Source of the DNA: Lama guanicoe | Lineage: Eukaryota | Direction of reading: 5' to 3' | Length of the DNA: 27,144 nt | Assembly: GCA_013239625.1 (NCBI GenBank) | Contig: MU053645.1 | Span: 1,914,274-1,941,417, forward strand | Shown: one piece after another, positions 10,701 through 23,044 of the stretch | Layout: the number at the start of each line of letters is the position of its first letter | Position numbering within the stretch: position 1 is the stretch's first letter | The notes under the pieces: generated by a model | The model's database searches: none | What the model saw: only the letters and a program-made list of their open reading frames with translations | Told to the model about the DNA's origin: nothing | Position numbers and translations under genes: made by a program

Positions 10701-12169
10701 CCGCCCCTCCCAAGTAATTTTCTGAACACATGGGCAGGGGTGGGGAGTCTGGAAAGCTGCTCTGGTCGGACTTGATCTGTATCAAACAGCTTAGTTTTTC
10801 CTTGTTCTTCTCTAAGTCTTTCTCCCTTACTGACTACCGTATTTCTCAAACAGAAATAATCGAAGGTGAGGTGGGATGAGAATATAGGGAGACTATAGCA
10901 GAGACAGACGGAGAGAAGCATCTTAATACCAAACTACCCTGATGTGTACGTGTGCCATTATGCCCTGCCTTGCCTCCTGACGCCCACGATATTTTTCTGC
11001 ACTAAAGTATGCAGGGACTTGAGCTTGGGTATGCAGGAAAACAACTCTGTACTCATGGAAGAGGATTAATACTCGAATATCTTTGTACTCTGGCATCCTC
11101 ACCCCATACTCCGCCGCTCACCGTGTGGTTTCCTTATTTGTCACCTAAAATGGAAGATGAAGTGGAAGAAAAATTTTAAAAAGCAGCACTAAAGTGGTAA
11201 CGGATTAAATGCCAAACTGTCCCGTTGTGGGCCCCTTTTAGGCCTGACCCACCATTGCACAAGAAGTCAGGTGAGGTAAAGGAAATGTTAGGAAAGCAGG
11301 CTGGGAGGGGTGAGGCTATTTGAGGCCAGACCACTTTGGAGGTCCTGGGGTGGCCCTCCCCAGGTGTGCTTTTATTGTTGCTCGGACCGTGGACTGGAGG
11401 AAGGTGGGAGGGGGCGCCCACGGAGCCCCAGCCATTGTCCCTCTTCTAAGGGAAGGCAGTTGAGGAAACAAACCACTTGTCTGCACCAGCGTCGTCATTT
11501 TTTTCTGCCACACTGCTTCTCATTCGAAATGGTAACACACTTTGCCATTTTGTAGTCCCCACCATTGCCCAGGAAAGAGGGCCTTTGCCTGTCCAGACCC
11601 AAACCAGGTCATACAGTCCTCCCTGTGTGTCTCACACACACACAGCCCGGTGTCAGGCGCTAAATAGGGCCGGTTTTGGCGCCTCTTTTACTGTCCTCTC
11701 TAAGGAAAAGGGACGCTACCCGTGCACTTCTCAAGGCACATCCTAGCTGCTCTCCTGACTCCTCCTCTTCTCTCATCACTATATCCTGCCTCATGGATGC
11801 ATATCCTCATTCTCCCTGAATACATAAAAAATTTGACTTTCCATTTCAAGTTGAAAGAGATGAGGGGCCATTGAGTCATGAGAATTCCATGGTGCCTTCT
11901 ATTGTTTATGGATCAGTGACTATCTCTAGGTGTGTCTTCATCTATGATGTCTGTAACCCCAAGGCTTACCCTAGAGTCTGGCACACAGGAGATGGTCTCT
12001 ACATAATTTTCAATGGAGGAAGGAACCAAGGGATTTTAAAAATAAATTTTGGAAAGAAACCTGGAGTATCTTAATATTGCATATTTTAATGAACTTTTGG
12101 GGAGATACATATAATTTGGATTTAATGGGAGTTTGTTTTTCTTTTTCTGTCTTCTTTTCATGCTTGAAA

Positions 12170-12415
12170 CTATACCTTACTAAGTTCCTTAATATATAGC
12201 AAACCCCTATTAATTCATAAAGAAAAGACCAATGACCAACAATCCAATAGGAAAATGGGCAAATATATGAACAGATTGTTCATTAAAAAGACAAATCAAT
12301 ATTTCTTAAATATATGAGAAAATGTTTCATCTCACTGATTACAGAAGTACAAATTGTGATTACAATGATATATCATTTCTCATCAATCATATTAGCAAAG
12401 AACAAAAAGTTTCTT
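12170..12415 (+). mobile_element. Old L1 (L1ME-like) ORF2 3' fragment
   Basis: 'aatccaataggaaaatgggcaaatatatgaacaga...atatgagaaaatgtttcatctcactgat...acaatgatatatcattt'. Confidence 0.75.
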
Positions 12416-12429
12416 TATCATGATAGTTG

Positions 12430-13170
12430 AGCTAGAGGAGGGTAGAGAGGACAATAAGAGAGCAAGTGATAGTAAAATCTGTCAAGATCAATGGATTAGA
12501 GATTTTGGTGAGATTGAAAGAAAGTGGGGTTTGGGTACCAAAGGGGATGAGCTGAAAGAGGGGAGATGATGGTCATAGAAAGGGATGTTTGGAACTGAGA
12601 TTATGGAGGAGTTGCTATAATTGCAATGGCAAATCCTAGGGTATGGTCATGCAAGTGGAGTGAGTAAGTAGCTGAGGTTGGGGTCAAGGACAATGTCATG
12701 GCAAAGAAATGTTCGAGGAACTGAAGGAGCCAGTGTGTTAGAATGCTCATTCTTGAACTCACCAGGAATTAATACAGGACTACTACCGTTGGGAGTGACC
12801 TAGTTTCAGGAGCTAAAATTTGTGAGGAATAAGTGACAACAGTGGGAGACTGAAATTTGGTAGATGACAACAACAATAAAGGCTAGTCAGTGACACTAGC
12901 TGTCAGAAGCTGGAGGTTTTCAGGGATGTTCTATAGGCAGCAGTGAAAAGCATGGAAAACATTTACTGGAACTTCAGGCTCCGTGGTACAATGGTTCATC
13001 TGCTCCTCTTGACTGGACTTCAGGGGACACAGAGTCTTCAGGGAGGAGCCTGGCTTCTGTTAGGGCAAGACAATGAAGGGCGCATTCAGAGAAGAGAGTG
13101 AAGATACAGAAGAATTATTGAGGTCAAGTTGCATTTTAGGAGTAGGGAAGGGGTGTGAGAAGTGAACTAA
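12430..13170 (-). mobile_element. LINE-2 fragment, antisense
   Basis: Purine-rich stretch with L2-like blocks 'tgagattatggaggagttgc', 'ctagggtatggtcatg' and 'aggaactgaaggagccagtgtgttagaa'. Confidence 0.6.
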
Positions 13171-13349
13171 AGAGGGGATGTGTTCACAGCCTTGTGTATG
13201 TGTGTGACTTCCTGTCGACCCCAAGTGATGTGGAAATTCAGTCTCAGACCTGGAGCACTGGTCCACAAAATGCTCCATATTGCTCCTGGAAACAGATCAC
13301 ACCAATCTGTAATGATAGAAAAATGGGCTGAAAACTACATATCACATTC

Positions 13350-13570
13350 AGGACAGGAATAACTCTGGGGAAGTGGGAGGGGAATGGAAATGGAGTGAAG
13401 GTCAAGGAAATCTCAATTTTTTTGCAATGTTTTTATTCCTTAAAAAATAGCAAAGTAAATATACCTAAATATTAACAACATCTAAATCTCAGTGGTGGAA
13501 ACACTGGTGTTTGTTATATTTAATGCCTGGAATGTTGTAGGTACTCAGTGAATATTCTTTGTTGAACAAG
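13350..13570 (+). mobile_element. Old L1M 3' remnant followed by a short L2 3' tail
   Basis: 'aataactctggggaagtgggagggg...tgcaatgtttttattccttaaaaaa...ggtgtttgttatatt', then 'tgcctggaatgttgtaggtactcagtgaatattctttgttgaa'. Confidence 0.45.
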
Positions 13571-14149
13571 TATGCCTTTCTGTTTCAAAAGTTCCTCCAG
13601 AAAACAAATACAACTCTGAAGTTAGCATGACATGCTACAAGAGCATAGAAGAGGGATTGGGGAGAGGTGGGAAGGCCTGAGAAATCCTTGAGAGAGTGAT
13701 TGCTGATCTATGTGGATTTCTAGTGCCATACATGAGCCATATGGAAAATATGGGGTGCAGGCTAAAGGCATAGCCCTAGCTCCATTTTATGTCAACGCTC
13801 CAAGGTTCTGGGTGAATATCCAGAAGATGACCTTGAAGATTTGTTCTTTCAGGTGGATTCTCACTGGATCCTCACTTTTCTCTCCCAACATAGACACTGG
13901 GTGGTGCTGCTGTCCAAAAATTCCACTGTATCATGGATTTATTACTTCAATCTAAAGATGGGCATTTATCTTAAGTGTCAACTGTAGGCCAAGCAAAGGG
14001 CTCAGGTTTGGAGATATAAAGATGAATAGCCTCTGCAGATTATCCTCTGATTACCTCAAACTGACTATTATCATGTTCAGTGGCTGAAAAACTAGAAAAT
14101 GTGACATTTACATAGGAGTGCACCACTGTCACAGAAATGCCCAGCTGTG

Positions 14150-15450
14150 GGGGTGAGTGACCCCGAACCACCCATCCTCTCTATGAGCACCCCTCCTCCA
14201 CGACCTGGCCGAGGATTAGAACAGACAACACTGAGCACCAAATCACTGGTGGTCACCGCGTACTTAGGTTCCTTTGGCTATAAAAAGCCGAGAGTATCTG
14301 ATTACCGCGCCTTCAGCTTGGATCTCGGAGCTTCAGACGTTCAAAGGTAACTGGGCAAGATATGTCTGTTTATTTCAGAGTCCCCTATTATCGTGGAGGA
14401 GTGATATACTTGAGAGGAAGGGAAGTGGGCCCTCAGGGCGAAAGTAGTCACTGGGGAGGTAGGTCAGTGACTGATCCCCGGGCAAATCCGAGTGGGCTTG
14501 GATGGGGTCTGGGGAGGCGGATCTCGTATGATGTTATCAACACCCTGTTACAAGGGTGAGGTCCTGAGTATCCCGGAGAAGGTGGACTCAGGCTAGCAAG
14601 GCTAAAGCGGTGGGAGGGGCGAGGAGGCGGGTCTGGGATCCCTTGGCCAATCGGAGGCGACTCGGGCGGGGTCTTCCACGCAACTTAACTGCAGGGTTCC
14701 GCGCGGGAAGGCTAACCTCGCCCTGTGTGCGCAGCAGTCTCAGCGCAGCCGTTGGCCTGTCCCTGGTCTTCAAGCCTTCGGGTGAGGACGCGCGGCCCCG
14801 CCGGAGCCAGAGGACTCTGGGGACAGGCGGGCCCAGCCGCCGCGGGGCTGGGGTGTCGGGCCTTCTGGAATTGGGGGGGCGGGGTTGGGACTGGCGATTG
14901 GAATCTGCACTCCTGGCGAGTCCGCGTCTTTGTCTTCGCAGCGCCGCCTTCTGCGCGTGATGCGCAGTCCTCCCGGGTGGGTGCCTGGAAGGTCCGAGTT
15001 GGGAGCCCCCAGAGCGACGGGTCCGTTGTGGCTGCAGGTCCGAGGCTGCGAAGACGAGGAGTTTGGGGCCGCCCGGAACGGGCCCTCTGGGGCTGGCCCT
15101 CCTCCCCCTCCCCTACTGTAGCTGTTAGGCTGGGCGCCCTACGATGATGATAGTTGTTTAAAAATGTAAGCAAATTGCTGCTAACAAAGTGGCTGATGCG
15201 CCCATCTCTTTTATTATTTATTTGAAGTCGCTGTTTCCCCGCCTCTGGAGATTGGCGGCTGATCGCTCGTCACAGGACGGTCTTAGGGTAACCTCGACGG
15301 GAAGGAGGCATATTCGCGACGTCTGGCTGCTTGGGGGCCTCTTTATTCTAGTCTGGGCACTAGATGTCTTACCCCACCAGGGTGGGTGGGGCCAGGTCCG
15401 CTTTCCGGTCTCAGGGGTCTCCTGTTGTCTCTTCTGGACAAACCGGGAAT
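14150..15450 (+). promoter_or_regulatory. TMSB15A: CpG island / promoter of TMSB15 (CCAAT 14647-14651, GC box 14664-14671)
   Basis: Dense CpG/GC sequence; CCAAT and GGGCGGGG lie immediately upstream of putative exon 1. Confidence 0.8.
14700..14781 (+). other. TMSB15A: TMSB15 non-coding exon 1 (start approximate)
   Basis: 'gcgcgggaaggctaacct...gtcttcaagccttcgg|gtgagg' resembles the recalled TMSB15 5'UTR and ends in a GT donor at 14782. Confidence 0.7.
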
Positions 15451-16162
15451 GATCACTGGGCACCTCATCTCCCAGCCTCGCCCTTTGAGGATAAAGCGTT
15501 GTGAAATAAAAATATCTCTGTTTGGTTTACCCCGTTCTGCTGAAGTGCTGAGCCTGATCATAACTAGCTGGCCCCTATTACAATGTTTACATACCAGTGC
15601 TACAGGGAGCTATTGAGACATGTAATTAGTTATGCCTGAATTTAATTCCTCCTCTTAGTATAACCCCTTCACCAACTGTCTTTGGGCAGATGAAATGGAA
15701 AGAAACTAGTCCAATTTATGCTACCCATTTTTGTGTGCTGCTCCCTAACCCCCAAGAAAGGTGCCCCCCAAAAGTAATTGAATACAAAGTGAAGATGCTC
15801 AAATAGTGCTATCTCTTGTTACAATTTCATTAGTTAAACCCAGTCCTTATATTTTCTTCTATCCCCATCTACTCATGTGTTTCAATCACCTCCATTTTAC
15901 CTTTGCTGTGATTTTAGAGTCAGACATATTGGCTCCTGGTTTCCAGAGCATCTTGGTTTCTGGTGTATCGTGATCAGTCGCATTTCTTGTCTGTCAGAAA
16001 CAGGGTAATAATGTGAAATAAAAAGTATTCTAATAAAAACATGATTTTTCGAAGATCTGTTGCTATTTTCCTCTTAAAAATGAGCAGGTAGAATACACAT
16101 TGATATTAAATGCAAGAATTTTGGCTGTTACTCCTTAGTGTGATAGTAGCTCTACCAGATAA

Positions 16163-16321
<159 letters not shown>

Positions 16322-17234
16322 TGAAACAAACAGTGGCAAAAATTGATAGATTCAGGAAATAAACTCTTCCAGTAAGCTTTACCATAAAATAAGCAATAAT
16401 TAGAGTACCGATTATTTAATGTAACATTTAAAATATCAAATGGTTGCCTTTTTACTTTGCTTATTTAAGCAGTTCTTACAAAATAAGCCCTAAAAATATT
16501 GGGGGAATTTTTAAAATAGGTTTTTTTTGAAAACTGCTAAAAACCACATTAAAACCAATCTTGGAATATTGGACTTAGCATTAGAAACATCTTAGTTTTG
16601 TCCAGTTTTTGGTTACTTGGCATTTTTCTGCAGCTAGCTATTTGATTCTTTGATCTCCCTAATGAGCCATGCAAACTGTGGTTTTGGTCTTCTCAACCTG
16701 ATGACAAGATGAGGTGAGAGAACCAGTTTAGATCTTGGGTATACTCAAGTCTCCCAGGGATCAAGGGATCAATTTTGTCTTCCTGACTTACAGCCTGCTG
16801 GAGAAATTCCAAGCCAAGAGGCACATTTTGTCATGTCAGCATTATTTGAAAGTTCCAAAGTTAGTCAAAATTGTCTGAAAGGGCATACCTTCCTAGCATA
16901 CAGTGATAGATAATTCTGAAGAAAACGCTTCACTTGCCCCTCAGTCTCAGAGTAATCTATGGAAAAAATGGCAAAGCAGAAATCTACCTCTCAAATGAGG
17001 GAAAAAAAACCCCACACAGTTGAGTTTAATGAATGTTCAGTTTATTAATTTGCACACACACATACACACACATACCTGACTAAGGATTTGTGATTAGTTC
17101 CTTGGCATTCCTAATTTAAAGAAAGTTTGGCAGCTTTCAGTGACTTGGCAAAGAGCTGTTTTGGAAGAAACTGAACTTAATCTTAGGAAAGTGTCCTCTT
17201 AATGAATTTTTTGTGTTTGTTTTTTTTCCCCCAG

Positions 17235-17272
17235 CTATCCAACAAGAGAAAGAGTGTGTTCAAACATCATAA
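17235..17272 (+). CDS. TMSB15A: Thymosin beta-15, coding exon 2
   Basis: Acceptor 'ttttttttcccccag|ct' in matching phase; encodes (T)IQQEKECVQTS* with TAA at 17270-17272. Full peptide 45 aa. Confidence 0.95.
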
Positions 17273-17649
17273 AATGGGGATCTCCTCCCAAGAGAAACTT
17301 CAACATTGCTTGAGTGTCTTGGTTTCTGGCTTGTTTTTGGTAAACCTTTGTGTTGCAGAGATTTTAGGCATCTTCTGATGTCTTCTCACCCATAATCCCT
17401 GGCTAAGGGGTCAGGGGTAGCCAATGTTCCCTTACATTCATTTTAAAACCTCCATTTGTGCCTAAATTCCAGCTGGCAGGTGCTGTCAATAATCTTACCA
17501 TTGATGACCTTTGTGCTTATAGTCCTTGCACCCACTACAGGATAAGCCACTTTTAACTTTCTACAATGGTTCCCTCTATTTCTTTATAATCTTTATGAAG
17601 TTGCATGCTTTTACATCTTCTCGTAGTTTATTTTCATTTCTAATGGAGC

Positions 17650-17663
17650 AATAAAATAATAAA
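17650..17663 (+). terminator. TMSB15A: Tandem AATAAA poly(A) signals of TMSB15
   Basis: AATAAA at 17650-17655 and 17658-17663, about 380 nt after the stop. Confidence 0.85.
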
Positions 17664-17842
17664 TATAATCAGTATGTTTATAATAGGCTCCTGTGGTTCA
17701 TTTCTGGTGGTCTTCTAAGGAGTGAAAGGACACAGGGTACTTTTCAGCCAAACAAAATGAGTGCAGGAAGGCTGCTTTAGCAGATTTGGCACATGGAAGA
17801 GGCTCTCCTCTGTCCAGATCAAGTGGGTCCTGACTTGGGAGT

Positions 17843-18353
17843 TGTGCGGCTGAACCATACTGACTCCATTTTGTCAGCTCCATTTTAGTCCCACAGTCCT
17901 AACCTCTCCCCTTTCCTCATGACTGAGCTTTAGCATAATTTACAAGGAATGAGTCCAAGCCAGATGAGTTCCCTATCAACTTTTACTCTTGCCTTCATCC
18001 AATATGAAACCTGGAAGAGTGCCTTTAGCTATCATAGATGGTGAATGGTCACGAGACCGCTGAGGGGAGGAAACTTCTGGTTCCAGTTAGTGCAGACATT
18101 CTTCTCCCTTGGTAGTCCAATTCTGTTTTTAGCTTTGGCCCCTTTAAATTCCCCTGAACCCCTTTTGGTGGTGCAGTGCATAGTGCAGCTGCGAATGCCT
18201 CTGGATCATCTGTCAACTCTTATCCTTCGTGCCTGTATGTAAGTTACCCACAATAAACTTCATAATTGCACTTTATGGAGTTACTCGCTTCATTTTGCAG
18301 TCTCAAAGATCATTCTCAGTTTGGAGGATATTATTTTGTATCTTCTCCCAACA
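17843..18353 (+). mobile_element. Probable solo ERV LTR (family unresolved)
   Basis: About 510 bp with TG...CA ends, 'gactccattttg' LTR start motif, TTTAAA TATA-like box near 18143 and AATAAA at 18252-18257. No clear TSD. Confidence 0.6.
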
Positions 18354-18384
18354 AAGATGCTAGGTGCTTTTTCCTTAGAGTTGG

Positions 18385-18525
18385 AATCATAGAGGGAGAG
18401 AACCTTGGGAGAAGAGGTCTCATGGACTAGCCCCCTTAACTCGGAAATGGAGAAATGAAAACACAGGGTCTGAGTTGATCTTCCAAGGTGAAAAATAAGG
18501 ACTGGAATTTTAGCTGGACTCTTCC
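18385..18525 (-). mobile_element. Degenerate MIR fragment
   Basis: 'aatcatagag...aaccttgggaga...aaatggagaaatgaaaacacag...gatcttccaaggt' resembles the antisense MIR core. Confidence 0.4.
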
Positions 18526-18761
18526 TTTTTGGAAAGTGCTTTGCAACTGAAGTCAGGGGCCACCTGAGGCAGTGGTTGGATGGGGAGACAATTGCTAACC
18601 CACGCTGTGCTAATTACATCACATCTTCTATTGAGCATAAACTCAGATATCTAATACCTGCTAATGACCTACAGTGCTGAACCTCTGGTCTCGTTCTTGT
18701 CCTGAACAGAATTCACTGTCTTACGAACCAAGTATTTGCTGGTAGTTGTGGTGAGCATAAG

Positions 18762-19135
18762 TGCTGTGGACTGAATTTGTCTCCCCACCAAAAAAATTCA
18801 TATGTTGAAGCCCCAACCCTCGATGTGACTGTATCTGCAGATAGGGTATTTAGGTAATTAAGATTAATTGAGATCATAAGGATGGGGCCCTAATCTAATT
18901 AGACTGTGGCTTTAAAAGAAGAGGAAGAGACACCAGGTCTGTCTCCCTACCATGCAAGGACCCAACAAGATGGTGGCCATCTGCAAGCCAGGAAGAGAAT
19001 TTTCACCAGAAACTGACTGTGCTGGATCTTGGTTTTGGAACTTCTGTCTTCCAGAACTGTGAGAAAATAAATTTCTGTTGTTTAAGTCACCTGGTCTACA
19101 GTATTTTGTTATGGCAAGCCAAGCTGACTAATATA
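18762..19135 (+). mobile_element. MaLR solo LTR (MLT1A/B-like)
   Basis: Starts 'tgctgtggactgaatttgtctcccc...aaaattcatatgttgaagccc', ends 'ccagaactgtgagaaaataaatttctgttgtttaagtcacc...gtattttgttatggca...ctaatata'. 5-bp TSD ataag/atgag. Confidence 0.92.
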
Positions 19136-20373
19136 ATGAGGAATACATATAAATAGGTGAGTCCAGATCACTGCCTGAAAACAACACTTATATCACTTGA
19201 GATTTATAAGAACCAATCACTTATAACCCCACCAATTACATGTTAGCATTTGAGTGTATAACCATCCAGCCTGTGGTCTATTAATATTCATATATTTTCT
19301 TACTAAAAGGGATTATGCTGTCTGTACCAGTTTGCAACCTCAAGTATTATCTTACCACCCCTTCTAAGAGCTGACATCCTTAATAATCACTAGGTTTATA
19401 GGAAGTGAAAGCTGTTGTCTCTGCAATAGCATAGACTTCCATAGACAAAGCAGGGGGAGTCACCTCTGATCAAATGCCAGTGAGGTGACATAATCATAGG
19501 GCTTAGTAATCATAGTAGCCAGAAGATTTGAGAGTTGGAAGTAACCGTGTTAGTCACCAATACCTTACTTCTTGCCTGAAACAATTTTCTGGTAGTTACT
19601 CATTCCCTTGCTGTGACAGGCTGCTTACACTGTGCCCAAACCTGCTTCCCTGTAGTTTCTATCCAATAGTTTTAGGACTGTGCTAGACACAACATAATGT
19701 AGTTAATACCTGCTCCAGTATTTGAAATCAACTGTTGGGTGTCTGCCTCTATACCTCCAAGTCTTCTGATACTTCTCAGATCCTTTAGATCCAAGTTACA
19801 TGATGAGGAATCATCTTGGTTGCTGATATGCTCAAATTTGCTCATGATCAGATCCCTTTGGATCTTATTCCATCATTCAACACATTTGCTCTCTTTTCAA
19901 CATTGTTATTTGCAAATTTGAGAAAGATATTATACATCCATGATAGATTCAAAAATCTCTGTATTTGCACAGTAATCTAGCACAAGATTAGGCTCACCTC
20001 AGAGGGCCTAAAGTAAAGAATGAATATTGTCAGGGGATCTGGGGGTTGGATGATAATTCCCATTGTTCAGTAGCATCTGATAATCAACCTTTTCATTGCC
20101 ATATTGATTTCATCCTGAGCAGTGTAAGTATTAAACTGAGTGGTAACAGATGAGAGATACATGATGGCAGATGAAAGACTAGTAGCTGCTAAGTGAGTAC
20201 TCATACATATATGAGATAGGAAAAACAATTGCTCACCTAGAGTAGTTATTCAGCATTCTTTATATATATGTGGGGGCTACACTTCTAGCCTGTCTAACCA
20301 GAGAAACACTTCCCCCCAATAGCCCACTATTAGCAGGGATTGAGATTTAGAGCTCTTAGCAAATGACAGACAA

Positions 20374-20398
20374 CAAAACAAAACAAAACAAAACAAAA
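20374..20398. repeat. (CAAAA)5 microsatellite
   Basis: Five perfect CAAAA units. Confidence 0.95.
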
Positions 20399-22876
20399 CC
20401 CACACCAATTTCCTCCTCAGTCTCCAAGGATGAACACTAAGGAAGGCACTTACTGGTTCAACTCAGGTCACCTGCTGCTATTTTGAACCAGTGGCTATGA
20501 CTTATGGTATGCAGGTTCTTCATTGGCTGAGTCAGTGGAGGGTGGGTCTTGGGCTGCTCTGATTGGATCTCCCATCATCTGGTGATGCACATTTGCAGGT
20601 CATGAAGCTTTGTATTTTTGTTCAAAGAGTATAGACCAGAAAATAATAGAATTAGATAAATCTGAATGTGTTAGACTAGTTACTCCAGTTCCTAGGAAGC
20701 CTGAAAAAAATACCACTTCATGAACCATTTCATGATTTAGTTATTTCTGGACTCTGTTTGAGCCCTCCATTATTTTTTTAAATAAATTCCCACAATAGAA
20801 GTTACGTTGAAAAAGGTTTGTTTGGAGTATACTGTTTTATGAATAACATGCTCCTCAATTTGATGTTTGTAATGTTATTTACAGCAATAATGCTATTTCC
20901 CTTATTCAGTCTTTTCTGTAACACAACACCAGATTTCTTCAATACTATTTCAAGTAAGATCTTTGTATCCTCATTTATAAATGAGACTGCTCAGAAATTT
21001 GTTTAGCATGCTCTCTTCAATTGATTTTATCATCATACTATATTTCTTGAAATAAAAAATTTTTTCCCTTCATAATCTGGAACATTTTAATAGCAGTAGA
21101 ATTAACTCTTCCTTGAAGTTCTGACCAGATACACCCTTGGAAGCTTGGCCATTTTCTTTCTTTCTTTTTTCTCCTTCTTTGTTCTTCTTAGGACGTGTTT
21201 GAGCCTACATGACTACCAGTCTAAAGCTGAACACTCCCTGGTCACTTTCCACAACTATTTGAATGTTGAGTATTTTTATTTCGATCTTTTATTTCTCCTT
21301 CCTTTCTCTGTGATTGAAGGAGATACTCTGATTTCAATCCTTAGAAAGTAATATCATTGCTTCAAAAATAAATATTTTTTTCAATTTTATTATGTTTTCC
21401 ATTTGTGCTTTTAAAATAAGTCGTAATTTCCCCTATTGAATAAGATGTAGAAAGTGTAAAGGATATCATTCTCAGCCAAACAATTAGAATTAAACCTGGG
21501 TAAACTACAGAAACCAAACAGTTCTTGAGCCCCTCATAAGAGGGACAGGGCTCTGCAAGAGAGACAAAGCAAAAAGACTAATATTAGCACAGCCTCATGA
21601 GCTAAAGAGAAGGAGTGGGAACAAAGCAGGAGAGCTGAGAGAGAGCTTCCCTGAGTAGTGCAGGCATGAAGAGGGCAAACTCTTTTCTGGGACATTTTGT
21701 AAATGTCTCTGTTTATAGTCCAATGGGGAAGAACTCTAATGGGCCATTATACCTCCAGGGTTTTCCATGGTATCTTTAAAGATTTAAGATAAAGGAGTCC
21801 CCTCATTGGGAATATTTATTATTATTCTGGAATATTAAAAAACTTTTATGAAAATATTTAAAAAAATAATCTGATTCCCTAGGAGTGCAGTAAATACTAC
21901 CGCAAAACCAACTACAGATAATCCTCTCTGGGGGTAGCTTGATATGTTCTTATAAATCCAGAACACAATGTTAGCTGGGAATACCTCATTGTAGAGACAT
22001 CTCATTTTCAAACACAGAAATGTTTTCATGATAGGAACCATTTTTAGCAGTAAAACTAGCTGCTCCTTGTAGCCCACACAAAATAGACCTGTAAGCCTGA
22101 ACATTTGGATCATACCTCATTGAAGAAACATATTCCCTCAAATCTTCTTAACTTCTTTTTGGTTCAAAGTTTGTAATTTGTTTTTGTATATATACAATAG
22201 AAAAATGACTTTGATTATGTCATCATGGATTTTTGGAAAAAAATTTACCGAATTTTAAATATTTAAATATCATTGATTATTCTTCTCTCACTCTGGTGAG
22301 CTCTTAGAGAATCAGAGTAATCAATTTTTCAGCTGCCAGCTCTAGAAATACTACACCAATTCAAGTATGTGTGGTAGTTTCAGGGAGCCTCAAGAATTTT
22401 CAAAATGATTTAAAATTTGGTGAATGTTAAATATTTTTAATATTTCTGTGCAGCTATCCCACTTTTGTAGGGTTCCGTCTGTGGAGAATGCGGTTTTGCC
22501 ATTCTCTTTCTTCTGATTCACTGAAGGTTTTGATAAGAATTGCAGGTTAGAGCTGCTCAGTCGTGTCTACGATTTTGAGGCGCCCTCCGCTCACCGAGTC
22601 GGACGGCTCCTCCTCAAGCCACGCCGCGCACTCAGCCGCGAAAGAGCAGCTTCTGGGCGCAAGTCAAACGGCCCCCAGGGGGCCAGTCGTTCTGAGGCGG
22701 CACGCACTTGGGTTGCGGAGGTCAGACCCTCACAGAGACCAAAGTGTGAGTTTTCTTCCGCGTAGGAGAGGTGGGTGACCTCTTTGCAAAGTTCTCACGC
22801 ATAACTGGCAGGCATAAAGCAACTGAGGGGAACGGATGACCTTTTCCGACACGACCTTGCAGGTTGCAAAGCTTTT

Positions 22877-22940
22877 CTGGTGGAGGTCATGGAAAGTTTA
22901 CAGGTCACCTGGTGGGGGTCACGGAAAGTTTAAAGGTCAC
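22877..22940 (+). repeat. Tandem 2 x 32-bp repeat carrying nuclear-receptor half-sites
   Basis: ctggtggaggtcatggaaagtttacaggtcac / ctggtgggggtcacggaaagtttaaaggtcac (29/32 identical). Confidence 0.9.
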
Positions 22941-23044
22941 CAGATTGCCACTCGGACTGGTTGATGTGCGGCCAAGCCGCGGGGCATCTAAGGACACGTG
23001 ACATGGCCTGCCTTAGCGACACGGCTCCCTGCCCCGCATCCTAC

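Noticed and set aside
14588..15616. Cluster of overlapping 60-150 aa ORFs on both strands
   Set aside because: Stop-poor GC-rich CpG island and intron 1 of TMSB15; no recognisable protein, low-complexity Arg/Gly/Pro content.
20770..21700. Possible further very old L1 remnants
   Set aside because: Only vague resemblance; boundaries and family cannot be supported without RepeatMasker.
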